Source: Zygophlyctis sp. KS116
Lineage: Eukaryota; Fungi; Chytridiomycota
DNA length: 17,339 bases
Direction of reading: 5' to 3'
Assembly (NCBI GenBank): GCA_054661495.1
Contig: BAAFSQ010000213.1
Coordinates: 1-17,339, forward strand
The notes beneath the pieces were generated by a model. That model was not told where the DNA came from and searched no databases. It was given only the letters and a program-made list of their open reading frames with translations. Each line of letters begins with the position of its first letter. Positions within the stretch are counted from its first letter, which is position 1. Shown piece after piece: positions 1-11,827 of this stretch. A program made the position numbers and the translations under genes.

Positions 1-3000
1 CTCAACTCTGAAGGAGTCTGAACGTGAATTAGTTATAAAATCTTCCAAAAATTCGCTTATTTGCAAGCCATGCACCTGCAGAATAACTCGAGTACCTTTA
101 ATAGCCGCTAGAGTAATTTTTTGAGTAATATCATGATCTTTGGACTGCAAAACTTCTATTCTGCTATCTTGATCTAATCCCATTATCCATCGAATAGATA
201 TTCCATATGGATCATAAAATACCGGATAATCATCTAATTCCTTTGATATGTATATATTATCCATAAGAAAGGGATCATATAAAAGATCAGATCCTGCCAA
301 AGTATCTGACGGGAAAACGCCGGATATAAACTGGCTGAAGTTGTATTCGGACGGATTAAGGGTCGTTATTTGTAAAGACTTTGAAATAGAGAACCAACGA
401 ATTAAATATGCGATTCTCTCAGCTTGAGATAAAGGAGCGAGCAGAGTCATATATGCCGCACTTACAATCGAATTATAGAAAAATAATCCTTTTTCTTTGT
501 CTTTCCTGCGCAAGGACTCCTTCAATCTTTTTTTGTAATCAAGAATAGTTTGTCGTATTTCAAGTGAAGCCTTAAATACTTTTTCTGAATCACGAAGTAA
601 TGTGGCAGATTCTTCATTCTTTTTCATTTGCCGGTCAAAGTCGGCCTTTAAAGACGAAAAGCCAATTTCCATCAAAAGCAGCTCATCTTCTTTATGCTTA
701 ATAGAAGGTATAGTCGTTTCTTTTAGGGCCTCTAATACTCCTAGCATAGATTTCAGGGGTTTGTGGGATTCCATTTCTTTATGATATTTTAAAATAGCAT
801 CAAACCATCCAAAAAGAAAAGAAATTGATTTGACAGACGACTGATCCAAATGCATGCATTGTCTAATTTTCTCGATGGATATTTCCATCACAGATTCCGG
901 ATCAAAAGAAACAAACAGATGGAATAACTTGGAATCGGTGAAAAGTCTGCGAGTGCACTCCAACAATGTTTCGCCCGGTTTATATTCATAGTTCAGAATT
1001 GATATAAGTATCTTGCATAAACCTACGGTATCAGGATTATTTAGAAGTGCATTTCTGAACTCAGCTAATTCTAGCTTATTCAAAGATATAATTGCCCGTA
1101 TACTGGGTTTATATTTAAGCAGCTCCGCATCTTTAGCAGCTAAAAGCTTTTCCGAGCAGTAATTAATTTCTTCAATAGCTTTACCGATCCGCTCCTGATC
1201 TTTTCGAAGTTCTTTTTTGGCTTTATCGATCACTTCCCTCTCAAGTTCAATTTTTTTTAAAAAATCTTCGACGCCTTCACGGATTGTTTGCGATTCCTTT
1301 CTGCATTTGTAAAAATATAATTCAATATCATCGAGAAGTTCTATAACCTCCTCAATTTTAGATACAGCAGACTGAAACTTTTTAAATTGTGAATCCAAAA
1401 TTGGCTTCTTCTTAGAGTATATTTTCTTGAAAGATTTGATCATGCTGCAGAACTGTTCAAAAGGAGACGGCAGTGAATTTTTAATGGTAAACCACGTCTT
1501 AGATGGATTATCAAAATAATCTTGGTATATAGAAAAAAATAAATCCACGATATGAGTATGTTGCTCTACAATTTCCGTGGAAAAAAAAGTTTTCCCCAAC
1601 ATATCATGTACTAGCGATGAAGTTAAAATGCCATTTAATGGATATATCCAATGATATGAGGCGCATTTGTTTAAAAATGGGTGAAATACTAAGCTCTCGT
1701 CCAATTCGGCAGATGATTCCATCGTTATGATAATTTTAAGCATCTTTGAAAGTAAGCCAGACTTTGAAAGATCCCTAAAAGCATCACCATGATGATCGGA
1801 AAAAGTTTCACTGGTTAAAGTATCAGGTATTGATTCGTTGAAAATAAGCCGAAGATCATCCCACTGCCAGCTGTACTCTAAATCTTTGTATTTGAAAAAA
1901 AGTATCTGGAATCGGCCAGATTTCAAAATTTCAACGTAGCGACTTTTTAAAATCATATCCCATGTTGCTTTTATATCAATAATACCAGAACCACTTTTGT
2001 GACTAAATTTGTTGAATTTATAGATGTCAAAATTCCCAAAATAGGCAGATAGCTCAGCTATTTCCGTTTGGTTTTCCAAGTTATTTCCAACAAGAATAAC
2101 ATTCAAATTATTATACAATATTTTAGATGAAGTTTTAATGGCATCAACTACAGTTCCCTTATGTATTTTTTCTTTTTTGAGATGTGGAAATCTCGATTTT
2201 ATTTCCATATGAATATTCAGAAAAGATGACTCATCACACGGCGCAGGCACACTAACTAGACCGAAATTATCTAAACAGGAAATATTTTCGTCTCGATCTA
2301 TTCCTGAAATATGAATAATACCGGCCGAAAAAATTTCCGGCTCTACAGTGGGGAAAAATGACAACACCGATTCTGCTAGAAGAACCTTAAATTTAGTAAT
2401 ATCCGATTCAGAAGAAAGTTGATCCATAAAAATGAGTTCCGATTGATACCTCCACATTTCAAGCAAAGTCCTTACTGTGAAACTGCTCTTCAACTGAACA
2501 ACTAAGCCTTTCATTAATCTCACAACATCTTTCATAGAAAATGAGTAGTGCAATCTGAGAACATCTGAAGAAAACAAAACCTTACATTTATCGAGGAGTA
2601 AAAGCGTCATTTTAAGTATAGTGGCTGGAGTTTCAATATTAATGAAAGGAGTTGAGCTTTTCGTTAGTTATCATAAAATTACTTGAAAACAGGATCAAGA
2701 ATAGATGCTACAATGTATTGAAGTCGGTCGTATGAATCATCCATTTCAAAATAATGGAATAAATCAGACACTCTAGACAATCGTTCGCTTTGTCTGAGAG
2801 ATTGAATATTAAGTGCGGCGCAAACTGCCATTCCAGAAAAATTCTTGAGAATGGAAGGATTTTCCGTCGGCCATTTTCCAGTCTCGAACAACATCTTTAA
2901 TAAAGAAAAAAGCTCCTCGCAATTTCGTTCATCGGCCGATATTGCTTCCAAATCATCAATAAATAAAATCAGGCGCTGGTTTTTGAAGCATGATTGGTCT

Positions 3001-6000
3001 AGTCGATGCTCATTATCCTTAAAAAATTTTAAGACAAATCCTCGAAATTTATCGGAATCATATGATGGATCTAAATTGCACTTGATTTTGTTCTTCATGT
3101 TTGGGAAATTATCTTCACGCAAACATGCATGCATTAGGGTGGATTTCCCAGTTCCATATGCACCAGCAACGACAAATCGGTGATTCTTTTCCAGAAGTAC
3201 TCTACTAAAATAGGAATACCGTACTAATTCAGGTGTGAAAACTATTTCAGAGGCAGGTCGCATAATTTGAGAAGGTAAAATACGATCTTTTGGAAGAAGG
3301 ACGTCCCAATGCTGCCAAGACCATAATCTAGATTCAAAGAAATAATCGTAAACTGTTCCATCTTTCGGTAATGATTTTAGGCACTCTAAATTACACGTTT
3401 CACTATTCTTTTGGATTTCATTTACGCCTTCAATGAAAATAACTGATCTACAAAATGTATCAAAAGATGAGTCAGATCGATTTATGACCATTCCGAATGT
3501 CCAGATTACGGATAGAAGAGCTTGTGAAACCAAAAAAATCTTTTGTTCAGCAGCAATGAAATGATCATATGATTCTGATCCACAATCATTCAAACATGAT
3601 GTAAATAAGTTGGCTGAATTTCGTACGAGAGCCTTAACGTCATGTGCGCAGCCTTCGTATTTTTCACTAATAAAACTGACTGCAGGGCTTATCAGGTTGT
3701 CAAATATCAAATTAATCAAATCCTCATGACCTTCAATAAATTCAGGCAGACCAATATCCACAGAGTGCTTAAAAATGTGATTAGTTTCAATGTAGGAGCC
3801 AAGATTAATGATAGAAGACCTCGTAACAAATGAAGGAGATGCATGATTTAGATTGTTTACTTCAAGCAGCAACCTTATTGAGGAGGAAATAGTATACTGA
3901 TTTTCGAATCGAGCACCAGCATTAAAAATTAAATAGCTTAAGTAATCACAAACTTCTGCTCGAGGTTCTCCATGAAGTAATATCCAACTATATCCCACTT
4001 GACTATAAACACAATCCAGTTGATATTTGGGAAGTTTTTTAGCAATTTTTTCCGCTTTCTGGGCTTCTAGACTTGCCTTTGAAATTATACTTTCAAAAAC
4101 ACCGTTTTCCGAACTACCATCTTTCTGCTTTCCAACGAGCTCTCTACATGCTAAAGAACCAATATAATATTCATGTAAGCTTAGGCGAACCTTGGATCTT
4201 TCCCCGATTTTTGAAATAGCATGCTGTAGCATTTTAATCCCGGAAGTTTTGCCAGAAAAGTGATCCCCAAGTAAAACAACTAACTGATTACTTCCTAAAG
4301 CTTCATAAATTCGGTCGACTTTTTCTACATAAGGTCCGATAAAAGATAACTTCAAATTATTAATCGAATGTTCCAACCAATGATTATTAGTCATACTATT
4401 ATTTGACAACTGAATATCAGGATAAGCTAACTTAAGAACATCTTTTAGAACAACTATTTCTGATTCGGATAATATTGGAGAAATATTGGAGTATATTGCA
4501 GAAGCCAATATTTGCCCTTCAAAACTTAAGTTTCCTTTTCCCTGAAAATCCAAGCGCTCCATTGCCGCCGCGTCCAAGATTTTCATTATAAATCTTATTC
4601 CTATCTTATAATTTATCCATCCGATGATAGCTACAACCGACCTGAAAACATCCCCAAATTTTTCGGCTTGTATCTGATAATCTTTGAATCCTGATAATCG
4701 CAATCTGAAATTAGCCATAACTTCTATTGGAGGAGTAGTAATTGAAATAGGCCTGAACGAAATTCTAATATGTTCGTGCAACGTATCAAATTTTTCCAGT
4801 GATACAGCAGTTAGTGATGCAATTACGGGCTGTATCATTTGCGATGAAAGATTTATCTTTATTCCGTTGAAAGAGACGGCTTCAGAGTTCAATCCAGGAT
4901 CTGCTTGGATTGTGTAAGTTTTTTTCGACAGCTCTAAAAAGTAATTCACCACAGATAATATTTTCTGATCACAGGTATCAAAGTTCTTCAAGAAAACCCA
5001 AGATTGTGTCAAAATGGCACTCTCCATCAGATCAGTGATTCTTTTGATAGATGGATCCGCAGAAGTATCCAATATGATACATTTATAACCGAGGATAGAT
5101 GCTAGCTCCCTCAAAAGACCAATTTTCATGGAGCCTGGCGATCCCATTAAAATATTTGCAGAGCAAAAATAAATATTCTGAATCAGATTTGAGAATAAAC
5201 GCAACCATTCTGGTAACAGCACCAGTCGAATTTCATTCCCAAAATATTCCATTCCATATGAATAGCTCCATTTCATTGAGTTTATTAAAATATCTTTTTC
5301 AGTCAAAATGTATGACCATAAAATATCCTCATGGTTCTCGTCTCTATTTTTCAGGCGATCAATATAAGAAGAATAATTATGAATCTGAGAGATTAAATAT
5401 TCGTTCGAATGTCGGTAATTACTTGATTTATATCCATCAAGGTCACTAGCAAGATTCTGAGAAAGTTTAGTAAGGTGTAATTTAATCTGACTATATGCCT
5501 TTGGAGTGTTTTCGCCTAAAAATTGGGATATTTCTCTTGAGACAATAATAGAAAACGCTAATGAACAAATCTGCAAAGGATACTGGAGCAGCCATTGTGA
5601 CAAATCGGAAGCCCCCTTTACTGTAAGATTAGAAACGGCATTCAAAATTGATATTTTGATCCTTTGGTCTAACAATTGCAGCCATTCTTCTATTTCACCG
5701 CAGACTTCAATTGGTTGTACTAATTTCAGTTTTTCCTCATAAAATCCTTCTAACTGAATTATTTCCAAAAACCTGTTACTCAAATGACTATCATCATTGA
5801 TTTGAATAGGATTTGGTATTTCTTTGGTTGATTTTGGAGCAGCTTCGAAAATAGATCTTCGTGGTTTTGCCTGTGATAATTATTAAAAAATCTTACCATG
5901 GCTACGCCAACTTTCAAAGCTGCCCAGCGCTTTTTAGTTTTCACATCATCCGCTCTGGAGGCCAAAAATGTCTTTCGGACTTTGGCCCTTGGGTCGATCT

Positions 6001-9000
6001 TCGTCACATAATGAGAAATAAGAGATTTAATTTTTGGGAAGCATTTGTGAACATACATGTTAAACGTAGTGACATCTGATTCGCAACAAATAACCTTTAT
6101 AACCTCTAAATCCGAAAGAAAATAAAATCTAGGAAATTTCGATCGTTTAGTGTCTGCCAATTGTGAAATTATATGCTTCGTAGACTCTAATCTTGCAATA
6201 GAAGTTATTATTCCTTCATGTATATCATTCCGTATTACTAAAATGATCAATTTATGATTTTTGGATAGAATCTCCCCCCAATTTTCTAAAAACTTAGTTA
6301 CCCACTTGAAGGCTCTGGTTTCCGATTCCTTTACAAGGCTTGAAAAGCCCTCAAATGCCGGCAGCAATGCTAAGTAAAAAGCTTGGAGTTCAATTAAATC
6401 TACAAGCATGTTTTCCGCTTTTTTCAGCTTATTTATCCACTGGCTAATTTTCGAGGCCAAAAACTCAGAATCTGGAGAGTCAAGTAGCTTTTGCGATTGA
6501 ATAATGGAGTTTTCAATACCATCGATCGCTTGATCCCCATCAGCGATAAATACACATGATCCTTTTGCCTCAACTGAGAATTCATAGCTGTTGATTCCTG
6601 TCCGAATTTCATCCAAAGAGACTTCTATTTTATATTCCCGAGTGGCCTGATCACTTATATTCAAAAGAATATCTTGGATCATCTCTAAATCCATGTCCAT
6701 CACCTGTCGCAATCTTAACCCGGAGAAATCATGTAATGAGAATCCTATAATCTTAGAAATTTTGTCCCAATGATGATCACGAAGAGCTGAATTGCGAAGA
6801 GCTTTTATTATTGTAGTGTTACGACTAAAATCATCCAGTTGAACTTTCAAAGCATGAACAACTTTTAATGATGAATTTGAATTATGGAAAATAGCAAGCA
6901 ATTCATTTATCACTTTAGTCCATTCCATCGCCTTGGAAATCACAAAATCAGCATTAAGGTCAATAAAAAGTGACTGAGTCCATTTTTTCAAATTCTGGCG
7001 TATGTCCCATGAGAAACTCCATAGCTTCTCGTATTTTGCAAAATCATGGAATACTTCATTCAAAACCACATGTGAGAAAGAGAGGTCTAAACTTAGTATA
7101 GAGCACCTTTTTTGAACGGATTCTGACAGGATTTGTATTTTTTTCAGCCGGGGTTTTAAAAATTCTACTCTAGAAAACATATCATCCGTTCTTTCAATAT
7201 CAGAAATATTCATGGACTTAACGTCTGATTTATATGCAGCATGGCTACTTATTATAAATTCAGAATCAATTTTGATCTGATTGATGATTTGATAGTAACT
7301 ATCTTCAAGTCTAGATTTGCAGTAAGACATATGCTCTCGAATGACATTAGGCCATTTATAAGTATTCCAATATTTTTCTGATAAAGTATTTGGAATTCTT
7401 AGCCTTAACTTATACATTAATTCCCATATATCGTTAACATTGGAAAACTGATTTTTAGATTCATATAAAAATACCTGAGAAGAGTACTCTTCAAATTCAT
7501 GCTCAGATTGCTCTTGTTTCTCAGAAAGATCTTTCCACTATGATAATTACTGAATTAACATACCTTTTGGACGTCCTGGCCAGGATCTATGCTGATTTTA
7601 GCATCCAATTCGGTGTATGCAGTATCCAAAAAATCACAGCTTTCGATGATCTTATCAGCGAGAGTTATGCTTATTTTCTCTACTGATGAAGATGCTATTT
7701 TATTCAGAGCTTGGACTAAAGACGAGCAATCCAAGTATAATGGTCGAAGGTCAAATTCCACGCTCATGCTGGAAAGTTCATTCTTGGCTGCCACAATTCT
7801 TGTAGCCACTTCTTCGAAAGATTCAAGTTCATTATTATCTTCCAAATATGCACAAAGATCTTCCTGTGCAAGAAACAGATATTTCTTAAAGCATGAGATT
7901 TGTCGCTCTAAATCAAGCCAAACTGTTATGAGGCTGGATTCTATTTCCTTTGGCACCGATATAAATAATGGATCATTAGGATCCAAAGAATGTATCCAAT
8001 TATTTCCAGATCTTTGAGAATCATAGAATGCAACCGTTTCGACAGTTGGAACACAACGGTTCGTTGCTTTGAAAGGTAGAATCAAGATAGCTCCAATAAA
8101 CTTTTTAAATTCATCAAAAGAATTGGGAATTTTGATAATTTCATTTTCAGGCCTTATTTTTATGATCGGTACATTCTTGATATCCCTAATAATTTCAAAT
8201 CCATTTCCTTTAGGAATTTTCAACGTTACGTGTATTACAAATCGATATGGCACTTTGAACATGCCAGACTTAAAAACTTTATATGTCGATTTTTCAGCTA
8301 CAGTTTTCCCCATTCCTTTGTGACATACTTCAAGGTCCATATCAAAAAATCGCAGAAAATTCCGGTATGATTCAACCACAAGATTTTGGAGTTGGGTACG
8401 CATAATGGTATTTACTAGTTTGAGAAAGTCATTTACTCTAGTTTTAGATTTCTCAGATTCTTTGCTATCTTTGATGTTAAGATAATCCTTGATCATTAAG
8501 CGCATATTATAATTTACCCCTAAAATTGAGTCTATTATTCTTAATATTTCGGCTGGCCATTCATTTACCAATATAGCTTGAGCGCATTCTGAGTGAGATT
8601 TTGCTTTGTTCATAAATTTTTCTGTATCGATCAGGTCATTAAATGGAAACATAAAAAATCTTTTACTGGGCGGCAAAATCGTCTCTATCGCCGCCAAAAT
8701 TGCTACGATTGCTTTTTGAAAACCGGGATTCGCATTTAACATATACTCTGCCATGACTCTTGAAGCAACAGACACATTCTTTGTAAGAGAGACGGTTATA
8801 TCGCCCTTTGCTGCCCCAGAAATGGACACAGCATCATGAGCAAATCTTTCTGATTTGATTGAAGATTTTTCTTGTGAAGCTCCATGTTTCATTTCAAAGT
8901 AAGCCTTTCTCATGCTGAAATCATAAAATTCCTCAATTTCCTTCAAACACGATGCCTAAATTATAAAAAAAATCCGAAGTTACCACGGTTGACAATTGAT

Positions 9001-10092
9001 CTTTAGTAATAGGCAATCCGATCCTAGATACAATGCCAACTTTTGTTTTTTTGGACATTGGCCTAAATGAAGGCATATCCACATTCATTACCGAATCATA
9101 ATATTTTTGGGCTTCTTCGACAGAGTCCTTTGAAATAATAGCAGTTTCAATCCTCTGAAAAAATAATTCTTTTGATTCTCCATCAAAAAGAACATTGAGT
9201 CTCGTGACATATTTTCTTGAAGTAGATCCATCCCACTCCATAAGAAATTTCTTGTTAACTTTATCATAGTCTACAACTAGACATGGTTTCCAAGACCATT
9301 CCATTCTGGATCCATCAAAAGTATAGTATCTAGAAAACGCTTTTAAACCTGGTAAATTGTCTTGTTTAGCCTTTTTCAACATTTCTTCTGGAAAAAAAGT
9401 TTCTAGATATTCACCATCAAACTTATTAATGGTATTTCTTTTTTCCAGACCATCATTTTTTTCTTCCTGTTCTCCAACCTCATTTTTATTCAAGTACGCT
9501 AGTATATTCTTTTTTGGTTTCTGAGGAGTCTTATTTTTATGCGATGATTGAGTTATTTTAACTTGTTTACTATTTCTGTAATTTAAAAAAAATGAAATTA
9601 CCTTAATAATATTTTGAGAGAATCTTCTCTCCATGCTGTATTTCTCTGAATATTTTTTGTTTTATCCATCAATGTCCCTGAAACCTCTACTTCATCATCA
9701 GTACAAGATGAGCTAGTAGAAGGATTTATAATTTCATACGGTTTAATATTTGTACTAGTCTTTCTCGTCCCCAAGACACGCTCTAAAGCACTTGTATCTA
9801 CTTGTCTGGAAACCAATGCAGGCTTGATTTTCGGATCTGAAGGTAGAATCTGAAAACTAGTTAAAGCTTTAACCTTTTTCTTCCTTGTCTTTGTTTTCTT
9901 ATTTTTGCTGCTGATTCCCTTTAAAACGACCGCCATTTCAATACCTGGTGGGTTTGGAGGACCTGAAATGATATTTGGCAGATCCAGAGACTCCAATTCC
10001 CTTATAGATTCTCTAATTTCAGCTTCAGCATCAAAATATTCCTTCTTGGCTGGGTCATTTGCCAGTATTGATTCAATCGACGGCAATTCCAT
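1..10092 (-). CDS. Divergent axonemal (single-headed inner-arm, DNAH1-like) dynein heavy chain with degenerate AAA1; 3' end runs off the window
   Basis: Exons 10092-9602, 9575-8984, 8955-7564, 7537-7475, 7447-5897, 5870-2683, 2656-<1 are joined by GT-AG introns of 26, 28, 26, 27, 26 and 26 nt, giving about 3310 codons in the window. The last exon was read manually and is stop-free to position 1. Dynein hallmarks: linker LRNSALRDHHWDKI and RSKFPRFYFLSD; AAA2 GDHFSGKT; AAA3 GAYGTGKS and LILFIDDL; HYSFSMKDVVRL; stalk/MTBD PSIRAIISLNKLELAEF; AAA5 YPVFYDPYGISIRWI. The N-terminal YVTRLNVLFDGESKELFFQRI resembles the DNAH1-type tail. The start is the first in-frame ATG (10092) and is uncertain. The 27-nt intron at 7448-7474 is stop-free and could be coding. 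Confidence 0.92.
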
Positions 10093-10247
10093 CGGCAATA
10101 TCGCGTCCGGTAGCTTCCTATCCAAAGAAATCACTCTTGCTATTCAGACGGCCGGTGAATGATTTGGCAACCTGAAATCGCTATATAAATCTACATCAGA
10201 ATTGAATTTGCATGTAAGCGGTCAATATTCAGATCTGATCAAAAAAA
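10093..10247. promoter_or_regulatory. Putative bidirectional promoter between the dynein heavy chain (-) and MZT1 (+)
   Basis: About 155 bp between divergent start codons; contains a TATA-like ctatataaat at 10181-10190. Inferred from gene geometry only. Confidence 0.5.
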
Positions 10248-10430
10248 ATGACACAAGAAACTCCTACAGAATTGGATTCTAAAGAAACTATTGATTCTCT
10301 ACTGGATATCTCAACTCTCTTAAATACCGGACTAGACAGAAAATCTCTATCAATATGTGTAGACTTGCTGGAATCTGGTGTTAATCCTCATGCACTTGCC
10401 ATTGTTGTAAAGGAACTAAATAAAAATTAA
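10248..10430 (+). CDS. MZT1: Mitotic-spindle organizing protein 1 (MOZART1), gamma-tubulin complex microprotein
   Basis: 60-aa intronless ORF with the MOZART1 signature [37 protein letters not shown]; A-rich start context (aaaaaaaATG). Confidence 0.95.
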   Translation: MTQETPTELDSKETIDSLLDISTLLNTGLDRKSLSICVDLLESGVNPHALAIVVKELNKN

Positions 10431-11648
10431 CTTTTTATTGACAAGTGACTGGGAGAGTTGTGAAATAGTGATTTCCACATAAAAGCTTCTGATAATAATA
10501 ATTCTATATCCTTATCTTCCCAATTCCCAGTCGGAAGAGACTGTAAAAAAATCATTATATCCTGAAATTCCATTTTTCTTAATTTATCAGACCATTTTAC
10601 CAAAAAAGCAGCACAAACATATAAATGAAATTCTGAAAATCCATCTGATCCTTCAGACATGTAAGTATCCCACATTCTTATTGTATTTCTAAGAGTTAAT
10701 TCTCTCATTAAGAGACAATTCATCCATCTAAAAGAAAATTGTATAAATTCTACTCCTTGTTCCGCCAAATGATTATATAATGGTGCATCTACCCTATTAA
10801 TCAACTCTTTTAATCTTCCAATTTGTCTTTGTATTCCTGGTTGTCCATGTGTATAATTATCTTGAATTCCATCTAATAATTTTGATAAACACCAAAAACA
10901 ATCAGACTCTATCCCTACTAAATTCTCTTTTGAGAGTGTAGAAATATCAAAATTTTCTGTATTTCCAACAATTTCTTGTAAATAGACTTGAAAAAATGGA
11001 GTTACTAAATCATTAATACCCTGAACGTAACCAGACGCAGGATGTCTAATAGCCCAAGAATATAGAATCCTTTTTAAAGTTTCTTGAGTAATTTCAGACT
11101 GATATAAAGGTATTCCAGCATTTGTTCTTTGTACATCAATTCTAATTTGATGAAGAAGAGAAGAATCTAAATTTTCCTCTCCTTGACCAAACGTCAATTC
11201 AATATAATCTAAAACCATTAAAAAGAGTAAAAACCTTGATATTCCCTTCTTTTGCGTTCCTGATTCCCTTCTCTCCTGTCCTGATTTGCCGGAATGATTC
11301 CCATTAATAATTTCCAAACGACTGGTCTAATTTCCTCTGGAATCCCAGACCAACAGAGTTTCTTTAAAGCCTCTATATCAATATTTGGCAATTCCAACAT
11401 ATTCTTAAACTTGTTATAGCGAATAGACAGAGAGTTTAATTTTGCAGCATCTGCCATGAGTTTATTTTCTTCTTGTGAATTTATCTTTTCCATAGACTTT
11501 TTAACAATTCTTGTATTAATGCAAAAGTAACTTACGTTCCGGGAAGGGATTTTGTATGGAATAAAAAAAAAGGTTCAGAGTTAGTTTTAGTTGTATTCTC
11601 TTTTGAACAAGGTTCTTTCTGGCCAGTCTCGTTTGAGACGTTTCTCAT
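10427..11648 (-). CDS. GYP1: TBC-domain Rab GTPase-activating protein, Gyp1/TBC1D22 family
   Basis: Exons 11648-11536, 11509-11235, 11208-10427 with two 26-nt introns (11510-11535, 11209-11234) join the two track ORFs into 389 aa. Motifs: [18 protein letters not shown], catalytic IRIDVQRT (R finger), [10 protein letters not shown] (Q finger), [17 protein letters not shown]. The first exon is the least certain part. Confidence 0.93.
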
Positions 11649-11827
11649 TGCTTTTGAAAATTTATTACTTAAAAATAGGGAAATATATTTATTTACTTAG
11701 GAGCAAGTCTGTTATGAATGTGTATGATGGATGATGGATGATGTAAGAGTTAATAACAGGGAATAACAGGGAATAACAGGGAATAAGAGTTAAACAAGGC
11801 TCTAGGTCAGGGCGGTAAATTTTAACA
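11649..11827. promoter_or_regulatory. Putative bidirectional promoter between GYP1 (-) and the Boi-like gene (+)
   Basis: 179 bp between divergent start codons; the largest intergenic gap in the window, and it carries the tandem repeats. Inferred from geometry. Confidence 0.5.
11724..11793. repeat. Short tandem repeats in a divergent intergenic region: (ATGATGG)x~3 followed by a 10-bp-period array TAAGAGTTAA-(TAACAGGGAA)x3-TAAGAGTTAA
   Basis: Read directly: 11724-11743 atgatggatgatggatgatg; 11744-11793 taagagttaa taacagggaa taacagggaa taacagggaa taagagttaa. Confidence 0.85.

Noticed and set aside
602-10162. Plus-strand track ORFs at 602, 2845, 3642, 4684, 5099, 5506, 5861, 7589, 8069 and 9905
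   Set aside because: Antisense shadows of the dynein CDS with no recognisable motifs; many begin at non-ATG codons.
10161-10179. RFX X-box upstream of the dynein gene (GGCAAC half-site within gattt...aaatc)
   Set aside because: Only one half-site is present and the partner GTNRCC half is missing; a 6-mer is expected by chance.
10134-10213. Upstream extension of dynein via the GTG start at 10134 or an extra exon from ATG 10213
   Set aside because: There is an in-frame TGA at 10146-10144, and the candidate 32-nt intron (10171-10140) leads back into a TAG; the first ATG at 10092 is preferred.
5780-11493. Apparent frameshifts or pseudogenisation (or programmed frameshifting) in the dynein and GYP1 ORF fragments
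   Set aside because: Every break is resolved by a 26-28-nt GT-AG intron that restores the frame and the conserved motifs.
11754-11786. Resemblance of the repeat to the I-SceI site (TAGGGATAACAGGGTAAT) or to a CRISPR array
   Set aside because: Not an exact match (extra A, different flanks), no spacers, and the context is eukaryotic; treated as a simple tandem repeat.
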